Of a stretch of 64,000 nt of DNA, positions 29,287-42,900 are shown one piece after another. A program made the position numbers and the translations under genes. The notes under the pieces are model-generated. The model did not search any database and was not told the DNA's origin. It was given only the letters and a program-made list of their open reading frames with translations. Each line of letters opens with the position of its first letter. Positions within the stretch are counted from its first letter, which is position 1. The DNA comes from Eledone cirrhosa (lineage: Eukaryota): assembly GCA_964016885.1 (NCBI GenBank), contig OZ024744.1, forward strand, positions 6,324,001-6,388,000. The letters are read 5' to 3'.

Positions 29287-31430
29287 TATTATTATTATTA
29301 TTGTTTTTTGAGTCTCAGTCATTGATGTTATTTAACTGGAAAGTTTGTTGAAATGAATATCAAGCCGCAACCTGCAGCCTCAGATATTCAGGACGTATCG
29401 GAGGGTTCTTGCTGTTCCCAGCAAGCATGCCTTTTGAAGTGTTCCAAAAAGCGGGGCTGGACTAACTTTCTTTAACCATCCTTGGAAACTCTTGGAGATA
29501 GTACCTAGCGCGCCTATGACAATCGGGACGACCCTGACTTCATGGCAGTTCCAAATCCTTTTTAACTCCCACTTTAATTCCTGGTATCGGTTAATTTTCT
29601 CTCTCTCCTTTTCTTGCACTCTCGTGTCAAATGGGCAGGCTACATCCACAATCAGGCACGATCTTTTTTCCTTGTCCAAAACCACCAGGTCAAGCCCATT
29701 GTGTTCCAGTTTCTTGTCCGTCTGTATCCTAAAATCCCACAGCACCTTCACCTGATCGTTTTCTATCACCGACTCTGGCTTATGCTCATACCACTTCTCA
29801 GAATGTGGTAAATTGTTTACTTTACATAGGTGCCAGTGGATCACCCTGCCCATCACATCATGTCTCCAGCCTTTATAGTGAGTCTGGGCTAGGTGTTTAC
29901 ACTCGGATACAATGTGAGCCACAGTCTCCTCTCTCCACAGATCCTACACAGTGGGCTATCCTCCTCCTTGTAAATATGGTGTTTCAACCACTTCATTGTG
30001 AGAGCCTGCTCTTGCGCAGCCATTAGCATTCCTTCTGTAGCCTTTTTAAGGTCTCCTCTTTTTAACCAGTTCCATGTCTGTGGATCTCTAAATTCAGTTT
30101 TCTCAAAGAAGATACTATGAAGGGATTTTTTCTGAAGGTTTCTCTTCCTCCTTGTTGTTATTTCCTCCTTGGATATCCCCTGGTCTATTGTCCACCTTCA
30201 GATCTCTTTAAGTAGAGTCTATCGCCATCACTCCTCTTGTTGAACATGTAGATAGTCATTAGCTTCCTAGTCTTCCTATCTATTTCTTTTTGTTCAGCAA
30301 CATTTTATCTCAGAATTCCCGCACTGTACCTAATAATAGACACAGCTCGGGAATTTACTGCACTTATGGCATTCCTAATATTTAGATGTGATTTTAATAC
30401 GCTCCTTACTCTCCTAATTTAATCAGATCTTATCAATTCCTTCATTTTTTTTTATCTTGATGTCATCTGCCTCCAGAACACCTAAATATTTGTATCCTTC
30501 TTCAGTGTCAATTTCCTTTATCATCTCACCTGTTGGTACCTGGATTCCGTTACTTCTGCTCAATTTACCCCCTCTTCATCACAAGGACTCCACACTTATT
30601 AATACCAAATTGCATACATATATCATTGCTGAAAATACGGACAGTGTCAACAAGTACATCCAACTCCTTCTCACTCTTCCCTAATAGTTTAAGATCGTCC
30701 ACGAAGAGGAGGTGATTGATGGTAAGCTCTCCCTTTCCCAACCTGTATCCTGCTCTCACTTTTCGCAATATAATGGTCAGGGGTTTCAGGGCAAGGACAA
30801 ACAACAGAGGGGACAAACTATCTCCTTGGAAGATACCTCTCTTGATCTTCACGCCTCCGAAGGATTCTCCACCCGATGTTAACTCTGTTTCCCAGGACTT
30901 CATACTTTTGTTCAACAACTGTCTGATGTTATCTGCCACCTTGAAGATCTCTAGGCTTTTGGTTCGGCATCCTTTCTGTTCGTCCGGTTACAAGTTTTTT
31001 GTGTGGAGGTGATGGTAGATTTCCTCAGACATAATGCTTGTCAACAGTTTCCACATTACGGACAGACATGTGATAAGTCTATAGTTGGTAACATCATTAC
31101 CCTTGGTTCGGTCTTTCATTACCAGAACTGTGGTATCTTTTGTCAACCACTCTGGTACCTCACCTGGCATCAAGCAGTCATTGAACATGGTTGTCAGTTT
31201 CGGGTGGAGGGATGTTATATGTTTAATCCAATACCCCTGCACACCATCTGGGCCTGGTGATTTCCAGTTGGTTAGTTTTTTGTCCTGCCCTTTAAGAGTT
31301 TCAACTGTGAGTGATACTCAAATCAGTTTGTTGGTGTGCCTGTTCACTAATCTCCTTTTGTACTGTCTCAATCCGCAGTGCCTGACCATTATGTTCAACA
31401 TCCTGCTGGGTGAGAGTCTGTCACAGTCTC
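29287..31430 (-). mobile_element. 5'-truncated R4/Dong-like (RLE-type) non-LTR retrotransposon with (TAA)n 3' end
   Basis: RT motifs NYRLITCL, QGDSLSPLLF, HLLFVDDLKL, YKYLG; CCHC (CRIC..HIVSEC), RHD, DLVV, VDVACP, EKINRY, PIVIGALG. Internally deleted and frameshifted. Confidence 0.85.
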
Positions 31431-31613
31431 CTCTTCACCGTTATTCTAACTGTTTAGGTTCGACATTTAAACACTCATATCGAGGATTGGTGAATATATG
31501 GTTACATAACCACCGGTGATTTCATCACCCCCGGTGATTTTAGCGTGGCAAATAGATAGATGAAAACTTTAAAAAATAAACATAAGTTTCATTGTAATGT
31601 TTGAATGTCTGAC

Positions 31614-31690
31614 ATAAAATAAAGTACCAGTAATGCACTGGGTATTTGCTGGCCTTGTGCCTAAAGTAGAAGCACTTATTATTATTATAT
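31614..31690 (+). mobile_element. 3' fragment of the same SINE
   Basis: TAAAATAAAGTACCAGTAATGCACTGGGTATTTGCTGGCCTTGTGCC..AGAAG followed by (TTA)n matches 33960-34049. Confidence 0.8.
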
Positions 31691-32227
31691 TATAGTTTAG
31701 ATTTGACATCGTTTAAACTAAACATTTTGAGAGAGTTGAGAGATACAACAATAATAATTATTTTGGTGTTGTTGTTGTTGTTAGCTGTTTGACCGTGTCA
31801 CTAAATCAGTCTATTCATATATTTTGATGCCTTCCTCGCTTCTATTTATGTGTAGTGACATTACTACCATCCCTCTCTTAACAGGAGGTAGTGAGGGAAT
31901 AGTGGTAGTAGCGATGATGCAGTGGTGGCGGTGGTGATGGGATAGTAGTACTATAGTGATGGTGTTGCTGCAGCCTTTGGTTTGTATTTTGTTTGAGGTA
32001 GTGGTGATGGTGGCGGCGGCGGTGGTGGTGTTGGTGGTGAAATTATTTGGCTGTTGTTTGTAACCATTTTCTTTTTTGACTATAAGAATTATTCTCTCAC
32101 AATTGTTATAAATATGTAAAAAATGAAAAACTTACGGGAGTGATTCCATAACACTCTATCCACCATGTGCGCACCTTCCCTATTTTACCCTATTATTATT
32201 ATTATAATAATAATAATAATAATTGTT

Positions 32228-33842
32228 ATTATTGTACGTATTGGTTCTGGAGCCGTTACTGCACAAACTGGGGGCGATGAGCGGTGTCCCACGCGAACTA
32301 GGATGCGGGAAATCCGAGTCGGCTTGTGCCGCGACGTCACCATGTTGGTGTCGAGCACCAGACCCGTCCAGATGCTCGGCACCGCTCTCAAGGAATACGA
32401 AGCGGTGACAGGAACAAATATAAACCAGGAAAAGTCGGTGGGCTTGCAGCTAGGAACCTGGAGAGGCAAGTCCATGTCGTCCGACAACGTCATGGGGCGT
32501 TGGACGGACGGACCGCTTAAATTGCTCGGGGTCTGGTTCGGACCAGACCTCCAGATGGAGAAAAACTGGAGAGAGGTGACGAGCAAGGTGGCCTCCCTCA
32601 CCCAGAAATGGGCCGAGAGGAAGCTGACCCTGAAAGGCCGGGCGGAGGTGGTGAATGCGTACATTGCATCCGTCATCTGCTGCAGCCTCACCGTCGTCCC
32701 TTGCCCCGGCACAACTCTCACCAAAACGGAACGCCTCCTCTTCCGCTTTTTGTGGAAGGGACGCGCTCCCATGTTCAGACGATCCATCTGCTGTCAACAC
32801 CCGTTGAGGACTGGGAATGCCATGGCTGATGATGCGCAAACATGCGCTGAGGCTGCCACAACTCTGGTGCTTCCTTGACGGTGAACAGGTGTGGTCGTTG
32901 TACGCCAGGAACGTTTTCCCACAGCTCGTCTCCTTGCAGGCCTGGGTCAGGAAAAGACCGAGAGATAGCGCTTGGAAACTGGAATGTCTCCAGGCGTCGA
33001 GGAAGATCAGCTGTTTGCTCTCTTCCGGAGAACTTCAGCCCAGGACCTATGGATAACTTCAAAAAATCCCTGGCCTGGCAGAAGCGTTGCCGGTTCTAGA
33101 TAAGCTCTACTGTCACGGAAGTGCTGTCAGCCGAACCTGTCCGAGATGCGCGCAGAGCGACTAAACCGTCGTGCACGCACTCGTTCAGTGCCCGAACATT
33201 GCTGACTTGTGGAGCTATGTCGAACAGTTGCTGTCGCGTGTAGGACTGATCCGGTTATCGACTGAGTCCATTGTGCAGATGGTCTCGCCGTCTTCCTTCG
33301 AGGAGGAAGGGCAGGCGGTTTTCATCTGCCTGGTGGTCATGGCGAAAGAGATTGTGTGGTGGACAAGGTTAAAAGGATTAAAGACAAACACTTTCCTCTT
33401 CGGCGAATCCCTAATTAACTTTTTCATGTTTCACTTGAAGAGGAAAATCAGGGTGGAGAGGTAAGTGCTACTTTCTAGCAAGTTTGTTGAAAGGTGGGTG
33501 AATGTAGCGAGAATGGTCCGAGTGAACGGGACCGCTCTGAATATACGTCTGTAGTTTGAGAAATGGAAGAATTGAGAGAGGGCGCTTGCCCTGGTGGTCA
33601 GGGTGGCCGTGGTCTTTTGTGTGGTTTTCGCCACGAGTAACCCTCGGAGGTTTGCCCCCTATTGGGGAATGTTTTCATTGTTTCAATTTTCATTTTTATT
33701 GTTTATATATATATATGTTTTATGTCTTTTTTTGCTTTTCTTATATAAATAATAAAAATCTTTACACGCACAAAACACACATCGTACCGTCCTGTACCGT
33801 CCTGTGCCGTCTGTAATGTTTTTCTTGATGTCAGCCCTTGTG
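32228..33842 (+). mobile_element. Tx1/L1-like LINE copy A (5'-truncated, RT C-terminal half + 3'UTR)
   Basis: LLYVLVLEPLL, INQEKS, LLGVWFG, LKGRAEV, C-terminal CPRC..HAL..C; homologous to copies B-D. Confidence 0.85.
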
Positions 33843-34049
33843 GATTGGCAGTATCAGTAGAGAGTCGGACGCCATGCTTTCCAGCATAGTTAGGTCCCTT
33901 TACAGTCTGAGTTCAAATTCCGCCGAGGTTAACTTTGCCTTTCATCCTTACGGGGTCTATAAAATAAAGTACCAGTAATGTACTGGGTATTTGCTGGCCT
34001 TGTGCCAAAAGTAGAAACAATTATTATTATTATTATTATTATTATTATT
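33839..34049 (+). mobile_element. tRNA-derived SINE, copy 2, with (ATT)n tail
   Basis: Aligns to 28297-28485; B box GTTCAAATTC at 33911. Confidence 0.85.
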
Positions 34050-34231
34050 GGTCTAAGCGGACGTATTTTGCTCGCTCACAGTAAGTCGCTTTATTTGCCT
34101 GTTAAAATTATTTGTTGTTAAATATTTCTTGTTGTGTAAGGGATATAAGCCCTTAGACTTTGCCCTGTGAAGGGGAAAGTATAATATTTGAACTTTTTTT
34201 ACATGTTAAAAAATTTACGGAGAAAAAAAAC

Positions 34232-36208
34232 ATGGCTGAGCCACGCCCCCCAGCGATATGACGGCTGTCGTGCGACAACGATGTAGAAGTTGAGAGGAGC
34301 GGTACAGCGAAATTAACACACATTGATAACACAAACACCACCACAAACAAGGTAAACGAAGACACCAATGATACCAATGAGAACTCTAATTTTAAAAAAA
34401 ATGACAGTAACAGCGACAACGAAAATACAGATAACAAAAAAAACAAAACAAATACAACAACAATATCAACACCACTAACATGAAAACAAATAGTGACAAC
34501 ACCACCAGCAACAATACCAACTGCACCGAGAACAACGGTGGCAACAAAGACAACAATGATAACAGCGACAGTGCTAACAACAACACCAACACGAACAACG
34601 ACAACAACACCCCCAACGAAAACAAGAAGAACACTTTCGCTGCGGCAGCAGCAAAAAAGAGGCCATGCTTCAACATGAACCTCTCAAACAAAGATGAAAA
34701 GTTGGCTCAGGCATGGAAGCTCATCAAGCAAGAGTAAACCTGGGCCAACTTAACTGTCCCGGTAGAAGCTATTGAGGCAGTGGAGCGCAAAACGGTGCAT
34801 TATAGATGCATCTCAGCACAAACCAAAAGGGCAGCTTTAATCCCACAAGAAGATGTCGAAGTCGCGCTGAGGTGCATCGGAGAAGACACCCAGTACATAG
34901 AGAGGGGCAGACAGTACGGCACCATTTGGGTGTTGTTCAAGTCAGAAGCCCTCGCTATGAAACACGCTATGACTCCTTGCAAAACCAGCAAGGTCATAAT
35001 GTGCCCCTCCCACATGGGAAAAAGAACGGCCCGTCTCCACATTCCCAGAATCCCACCAGGACTTGACATGTGGTGGCTTCTGGGATGTGTGATTGTGGAG
35101 GGGATGGATACAGTCCCTATAGAAGTGACCAGAACGGCCAGAGAGGACTGGTCCGGGGTTGACCTGGAGATCCTTCACCAGATCAGGCCCGAGAATGTGA
35201 AGACAATCCCGGACCACATCCGCCTTCAGAATGGGACGGTCATTCACATTATGACCGAAGGCAAAAGGCCGCAGTGTTTTGTTTGTGGGGAAAAACCCAT
35301 TTGCGAGCCTTCTGCCCTCAACTGCTGAAAGAGGCAAGGGGTCGAAAGGCTCCACTGCTTACGACGCCGGGGCGAGTACCACAACCAACACCTGCACCGG
35401 CAAAACCACCAACAACAACACCAATAGAAAAAACACCACCAACATTGACCACCCAGGGGGGAAACGAGGAAAGTTGTCAAATTCCCCTTCCCCCCCAAAA
35501 TACACACATCAATAAAAACATACACACACATACAGACACACTTACAGACACAGACCCCTCATCTACCAGTAGTGAAGATGAGGGAAATCCCAAATCCCAC
35601 AAAATACAAAAAAGGAAACACAAAAAGAAAAAAAAAACTCAACAAAGCACAAAAGCACCCACAATAAAAAATGCAGACACCACCCACGCAAACATCTCTC
35701 CAATAACACCAACATCAACACCACCATCACTATCACCAGAATCCCCCAAACGCAAACAACCTAAACAGACGCCAGAACAAATATACACACAAACATCTGA
35801 AACCACAGACACCGCACTCACAACAAACACAGTCACAACCGAAACAACACCACCAAAACCATCACCACCACAGCCACGCAAGCAAATAAAATCAACCAAC
35901 AAAATATACAAAACTTCGTGCTCGTCAGGAGGGCCAACAAGGAACTGATGGCCCTCGTAGCACGAAGTGAAAATATACAAAAAGAGGAGGACATTTTTAA
36001 ATCGAGCACATTTCGCGTGCCGGAAGATCTGGTTCTGGTGCGAATGTCGATCGACATATTCAAAGAAATACGAGACAGCTTTCCTCGGGACGTGGGAACC
36101 CCGAACGTAAAACCCACTTCAATACTTTTAAAGGGGTTCCCAAAAGAAACCCCACCAACTATGGAGGTCGAACCACCCAACCTTCACAAGAGCCCGGAAG
36201 GTAAGTAA
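34232..36208 (+). pseudogene. Copy B ORF1 (N-rich N-terminus, CCHC zinc knuckle, P/T-rich tail)
   Basis: EGKRPQCFVCG + KTHLRAFC across a frameshift; contains stops. Confidence 0.8.
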
Positions 36209-36239
36209 ACCTTCCTCTCTCTCTGTTTAACCTGCCAAC

Positions 36240-39200
36240 ATGGCCGTATTAAGAGTAGGATGTTTAAATGTTCGAGGCCTGGGATCGTCCTGGAAGCAGG
36301 GTCACCTGCTCAATGACCTCAGGTCTATAGAAATGGATGTAATTGCAGTCAGCGAGACCAGGATTTCCGACACGCGCGCACTAGCCCCCATTTTCGACGA
36401 CTATCAGATCTTTGCATCTGTTTTTTTGGCCGGGAATGGGAGGCGAGGTGGCAGTGCTATTTAGGAAGGGCCTGGATTTTGAGGTAAGGTCGATCTTCCG
36501 GGACCCGGACGGGAAGTTGGTGGTCCTGGACGTGAACAATAATGAAGGTGGTGCCTTTAGACTAGTGGCCGTCTATGCTTCTACTGGGGCAGGACGGCCG
36601 GACCTTTTTAGACGCCTGGAAGCCTTTCTGCGTACGTCTCGCCCTTTACTGTTAGCGGGGGACTGGAACGGCATCTTAGACGCACGCTGGTACTGTGTGT
36701 GAGTATCCGATAGGAGCGGGGGATGCAAAAGCCTCAAGAACCTGATCAGCCAGTTCAACTGTCTGACAGGTACCGACTAGATTTCCCTACTGCGCCAGTG
36801 TGGACCTGGGCTAACCGCATAGGGTCATCTAGATCGTATATAGACAGCATATTCATTAGGAAAATAGACAGAAATAGTGTAAGCTGTCCACGTTTTGAAA
36901 CGGTCGCCTATTCAGATCACAAGTTTGTGATCTGTATGGTCGACCTAGATAAGACGCGTAGGTTAGGACCTGGTTACTGGAAGCTAAACATGTCATTTCC
37001 AGCACGTAAGGCTTACAGGGACCAGGTAAACAATTTAGTTAAGAAAAAGTTGACAGGGTGAGTCGTCAACAATAGATGGTGGGGGGCTCTCAAAAGAGAG
37101 ATTAGAGTAATGTCGATAGAGTTTAGCAAAGAAGTAGCATTAGAGAAAAATAGAAAGGAGGGGGAGTTGGTAGATAATTTAGTCGAGGCTATTGGTAGTG
37201 GCATTGCAACTGACGTGCTAGCGGCGAGAATGGCATTAGACCATTTCTTCAATGCGAAACACGAAGGTTGCATTGTCAGAGCTAAGGCGCGTGCTCTGAG
37301 AAACGAGGGAACCAAAGCTGTTCGATGGGCCCGCGTGGAAGAAGCCCAGCGTGGTAATAAAATTAGGAATCGGTCTTTGACGGATCGAGACGGGTGCGAA
37401 CTGAACGATTCCAACAGGATGTGTGAGGCATTTCGCCAACATTTTGCTCGGTTGTTCGGGGGAAGTGGCGGGTCAGAGACGGTGGCGGACCTCAGTCCCT
37501 ACCCCGATGGCTTGCCGCAACTCTCGACGGCTGACGCTGGGCGCTGCGAAAGGCCAATTACTTCAGCCGAGATTCAGGATGCCCGTGTCGGCTGCATGAG
37601 GCGAAAGTCACCCGGTTTGGATGGTCTGCCCTACGAGTTTTACGTAAATATGACAGACTTGTTCTCCAATCTCCTCGAAACCCTCTACTGCAACTGGGAG
37701 CAAAATGGGAGTATTCCCAGTTCTGTGAGCCGGGGCGTAGTGAGGTTGATAAGGAAAGACGAGAACAAGAGGGACACATTAGACATTTTCAGGCCCATAA
37801 CCCTGCTCAACGCAGAGTTTAAGATTTTGGCCAGGGTGTTAGCGAAGAGGTTGGCGCTTGTCATCGGGGATTTGGTTGGGGAGGCGCAAATTTACGCAAT
37901 CCCAACCGGGTCCATACACGACAACCTCCACCTAATGCGATAAATCATAGAGAGGGTAGGGTGTAAACCTGGCTTTGGTGGGGCTCTGATCAATTTAGAT
38001 CAATCGAAAGCATTCGATAGGGTCGACCATCAGTACCTGGAGGTTGTCCTCAAGGCGGCTGGCTTCGGCCCCGTCTTCAGAAGCTGGTTCGCTGCAATGC
38101 ACAGCGGCACCTGCTCGGTGGTCAAATTAATGGCCACCTCTCGGAACCATTTCAGGTCTCCCGATCGGTCCGTCAAGGGTGCCCTCTCCCCTCCCTTCTG
38201 TACGTATTGACTCTCGAGCCTTTACTGCGGAAGCTGGAGCTGTTGCAGGGCATCCCGCTCGAACCGGGACGTGGAAAGGCTGTGTCGGCTTGTGCGGACG
38301 ACATATCGTGATGGTGTCGGACACCTTAGAAATCGAGGTGGTCGGCAACTTATTGGAGGAATATGAAAGGTTGACGGGAGCAAAACTTAACCCGGAAAAG
38401 TCAGTGGGCTTGCAACTCGGCACCTGGAGAGGCAAGTCCATGCCGTCCAACAGCGTCGTTAGGCGCTGGACGGACACCGGTAAAGTTGCTCGGGGTTTGG
38501 TACGGGCCAGACCTCCTGGTGGATAAGAATTGGGACGAGGTGACGGGCAGGGTAGTCAGTCTCATCCAGAAATGGGCTGGGATGAAGCTATCACTGAAAG
38601 GTCGGGCGGAGGTGGCGAACACGTATATCGCGTGCGTCATCTACTACCGTCTGACCGTCGTCCCTTGCCCCCGTTCGCGCCTCGCCATCTTGGAGCGGCT
38701 CCTCTTCAAATTCTTGTGGAGGAGTCAGAATCCGCTGGTGAGGTGGTCCATCTGCTGCCAGCACCCTCTACATGGAGGGCTGGGCATGCCGTGGCTAATG
38801 ATGAGGCTGCAGCATCTCCAGATATTCTGCCTCAACGGTGAACAGGTGTGGTCGCCGTTTGTCAGACGGACCTTTCCGCAGCTCGTTTCTTTGACTGAGT
38901 TGCAGTCCTGGGTCAAGAAGGGACCGAGACTGGGTGACTGGAATCTGGAATGTTGCCAGGCACTCACTGCCCTCTACCAGGCGGGCAATGCGGTCAGTGG
39001 AACTTCCACTCTCGAGTTCTATAGAGGATTAGTGGTGGGCATGTGCGACGACGCTCTCGGAGAGGCTCTGGGAGTCCACGAAGTCGAACTAACCAGTATG
39101 TACCGGAGGAGTTTCGAGCCGGGGACGATGGATAATTTCCAAAAATCCCTCGCTTGGCAGTGCTACCGGGGGGCACTGCCGGTTCGAGATAAACTCTACA

Positions 39201-39643
39201 GGCACAGAAGCGCTGTCAGACGGACCTGCCCGAGATGCGCCCAGAGCTACGAAACCGTTCTGCACGCACTCGTCCAGTATCCGTGCATTACTGACTTGTG
39301 GAGTTATGTTCAACAGCTGTTGTCGCGTGTAGAATAGATCCGGCCATCGGCCGAGTCCATAGTGAAGATCGACCCGCCGCCTTCTTTTGGCCAGGAAGGG
39401 CAGGCAATTTTCCTCTGTCTGGTGGCAGTAGCGAAAGAGGTTATATGGTGGACGAGGTTGAAACGACTGAAGACAGACACTTTTCTCTTCGGCCAATCTC
39501 TCATCAACTTTTTCAAGTTTCACTTGGATAGGAAGGTGAGGGTGGAGAGAGAAGTGCTGCCCCTCAGTACATTTGCTGAAAGGTGGGTGAATGTGGCGAG
39601 AATGGCCCGTGTGAGTGGGCCTACTCTGGTCATGCGGCTGTAG
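36240..39643 (+). pseudogene. Copy B ORF2 (APE-RT-C-terminal zinc finger)
   Basis: LNVRGL, SET, GDWN, SYID, SDH, YWKLN, KSPGLDG, FRPITLLN, LDQSKAFDRV, QGCPLSP, GGLG, CPRC..HAL. Confidence 0.88.
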
Positions 39644-39921
39644 GTAGGTACATTTGAGGAGGAGAGGGGTGCCCTTCCAGGGTGCTCTCAAAGCGTCGGG
39701 TAGTTCAGGACTGGTGGGGTACCTGAGCGAACCCTAGGTGGTCATCCACCCTATTGGGGAATTTTTTCTTGTTGTTATTTTATCGTTACTTTATTGTTAC
39801 TTTGTTATTGTTACTTTGTTATTGTTATTCATATTGTTTACTCGATTTTTCTGTAAAACCCCACTGTCCCAGTCTTTTGTATTGTCCTCTATATGTCGGT
39901 CCTTCTGGCCAATAAATAAAA

Positions 39922-39971
<50 letters not shown>

Positions 39972-42900
39972 GAATGCTATAGTTGACGGAGGCTCGGCTC
40001 TGTAAGGTATTGTAAATTTTGACCGCTATAACAATTGTAAATTGTTTAAAACTTTAACCAACTTGTAGATAAAAATACCCTCCTCCTCGTGAGAGGGGTC
40101 TATCTGCCCGTTATTTGGCCTTTCGGGGTTAAATAACCGCTTATTGGGTTTTGTGCCCAATATTTATTTTAAACAAAAAAAAAAACATGGCTACGAAAAA
40201 GAATTTTCATAGGTCATTCCCACTCATTCCGTCTTCTTCTTCCTCAATCGTCACTACAGAAGAGAGAAGATTGTCTCTCTCCCTCCCTTCTCTTTCGCAA
40301 GCGACGCCAGTAAATCACGTGCAAAGCGTGCAACATTTCTCCACGACGACAACGACGAAAAAGGTGTGCGGGAAATACGAAAACCCATTTCATTCGTCTG
40401 ACGTCATGAATAATAGCAGTAGCAGCCGTAATAACAGCAGCAGCAGCAACAGTGACAAGGAAAACAACAGTAGCAGCCGCAACAGCATCAGCAGCAGCAT
40501 AAACAACAACAGCATTAGCAGCAATAGCAACAACAACAGCAGCAGCAGCAACAACAACAACAACCACAGCAACAGCGGCGGCGGCAGTAGTCGTAGTACC
40601 TGCAGCAACAACAAAAGTAACAGCAGCTCTGACGACAACAACAACAACAACAGCAGCAAAGAAAAAACAATCTCCTTTGCAGGTATCGCAAAGAACCTGG
40701 AAACCATCCTCATAGCAAATGAGGAATTAGATGAAGCGAAGAAGATGGTGACGAAAACCAGACACCGAGCAATCTGCAAGGCAGCCGGAAAAATTTTTTC
40801 GAAACCCAACAGCACTGTACGGTCACGTACCGTACAGTAAGCACAAAATCACGTAGGGTTGAAAGAGCCACAGAGGCTCAAATACAAAAAGCCTTAGGGT
40901 CTGTGTGGCAGCGGAAAACGCATATCACCCGAGGCAAGTAATATGCCACCGTAGACGTGCTTTTTGCCACACCCCAGGAGGCAAAAGCTCAATCCTTAGT
41001 GACCCTAATGAGCGAGGAAATGGTGTTGGTGCCCTTCTACTGCGGGCAAAAAATTGTGAGGGTCAAACTGATCCACGTCCCCTCCCCCGGGATGGCCCCT
41101 TCTTGGCTGGCCGCGTCTGTCCTCGTCGGAATCGAGGACAAAACAACTGTACTGCAAGTACAGAAAAAAGTAAGAGAAGATTGGGTCGGCACCTCCATTG
41201 AGATGTTAATCCAAACCAACCAGGAGTGCATCGAAGCTATCCCGGATGTGATAGACTTCGATAACGGCACTCAACTGCCCATAAGTGTTGAGGGCAAACG
41301 CCCGAAATGCTTTCGCTGTGGATCGAAGACTCACCTCAGGGCCTTCTGCAACGAGAAGACCTTGAGAAAGGAGAAAACCCCCCTCCTTCCGAAACCGGCT
41401 CCACGGCTACCAGCAACAGGACAAGCGGCAACCAGGAACGATGGGTGTGTGGCACCCATACCCACGCCAGGGAAATCAAGAACAGCAGCAGCAGTGGAAG
41501 TATTAACAACAACAACAGTAATACCAAATGCAGCTGCAACAGAGACTCCACTGCAAACATCACCAACAACAACAAGCGAAAGAGTGGAGCTGGTACCCCT
41601 CCCCTACCTCACATAATCAGACATGGAGTGTGAGGTGGGAGAGGGATGGCAAAATGTCGTAAGAAGGCACAAACGCAGAAGCAGCGCATCGTCGCCTTCG
41701 AAAAGGGAGGAAAGAAATGAAAAAAGGGTAAAGGCTACTGCAAAGAGTCTCACAGCAACAACACCACCAACACCATTACCACCCACACTAGCACCACCAT
41801 CACCACCGGCGACAACCCCACCGCCAACAACAACAACACCTTCAACAACAACACCAAAAGCACCAACTTCGCAAACACAACAACAAAACACACACACCCA
41901 GCAACAACAACAAGAAAATAGCAGAACCACACCCCACCCCCAGAAAAACAAATGCACAGCAATAAATACACACAACAAGAAACTAATGACTTACATAATT
42001 GAACACACAGACATTTCACAGCACGACTACATAATACCAGCAACAATCAAAACACCAACGAACATAAGACTGGTAAAAATAGCACAGAAACAATACACAA
42101 ACATTAAAACGAAATTCCCCAACGCAGTTGGTGATTTCAGAGACCTAGGAGGGACACTCAACCGGAGAGTATATTCGGACATACTCATAGAAGAAACGAC
42201 GACCAGCCGAAGGGACGATTCAACGCTCCCTTCACCAGACGATCAAGTGAAAGGGGATGGAGAAACCATACTTCCTCTACGAAAAGTACGGTAAGTGGTC
42301 TTTCCCATCTTTTCCACTCCATTTTAAACATGACCTCACTCAGAATAGGCAGCATAAATGCGCGTGGCTTGGGGTCGTCATTGAAGCAGGGCCACCTGCT
42401 CAACGACCTCATGTCACTAAACATAGATGTAATGACCATCTCCCAGCCCTCCTGGATCGGGGGGAGGAGGAGTTTCTGTGCTTTTTCGGAGAGGTTTGGA
42501 TCTCGCCATACGGGCCCGTCTTCCTGGACCCAGAGGGTAAGTTGGTAGTGCTGGACGTGACCAGCGGAGACGGGCAAGCTTTCAGGCTAGTGGCCGTCTA
42601 TGCCCCGACAGGAGCAGGGCGGCCTGATTTCTTCCGGCGTCTGGAGACCTTTCTTGGAACTTCCCGCTCTTTAGTGTTAGTGGGCGACTGGAACGGGATC
42701 TTAGATGCACGCTGGAACGGTGTGGCATTAGCGGATAGGGGTGGAGGGTGCAAGAGCCTCACCAACCTGCTCAGGCGTTTTGAAATGTCTGACAGGTACC
42801 GATTGGATTTACCGAATGTGCCAATGTGGACTTGGACAAATCGCACAGGGTCATCCAGATCATATCTAGATAGAGTATTTTGTAGGTAAATAGATAGGTC

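Larger units (their letters stand above)
34050..39971 (+). mobile_element. Tx1/L1-like LINE copy B (full length, disabled)
   Basis: 5'UTR, ORF1, ORF2, 3'UTR with AATAAA near 39911, (ATT)n tail. Confidence 0.9.
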
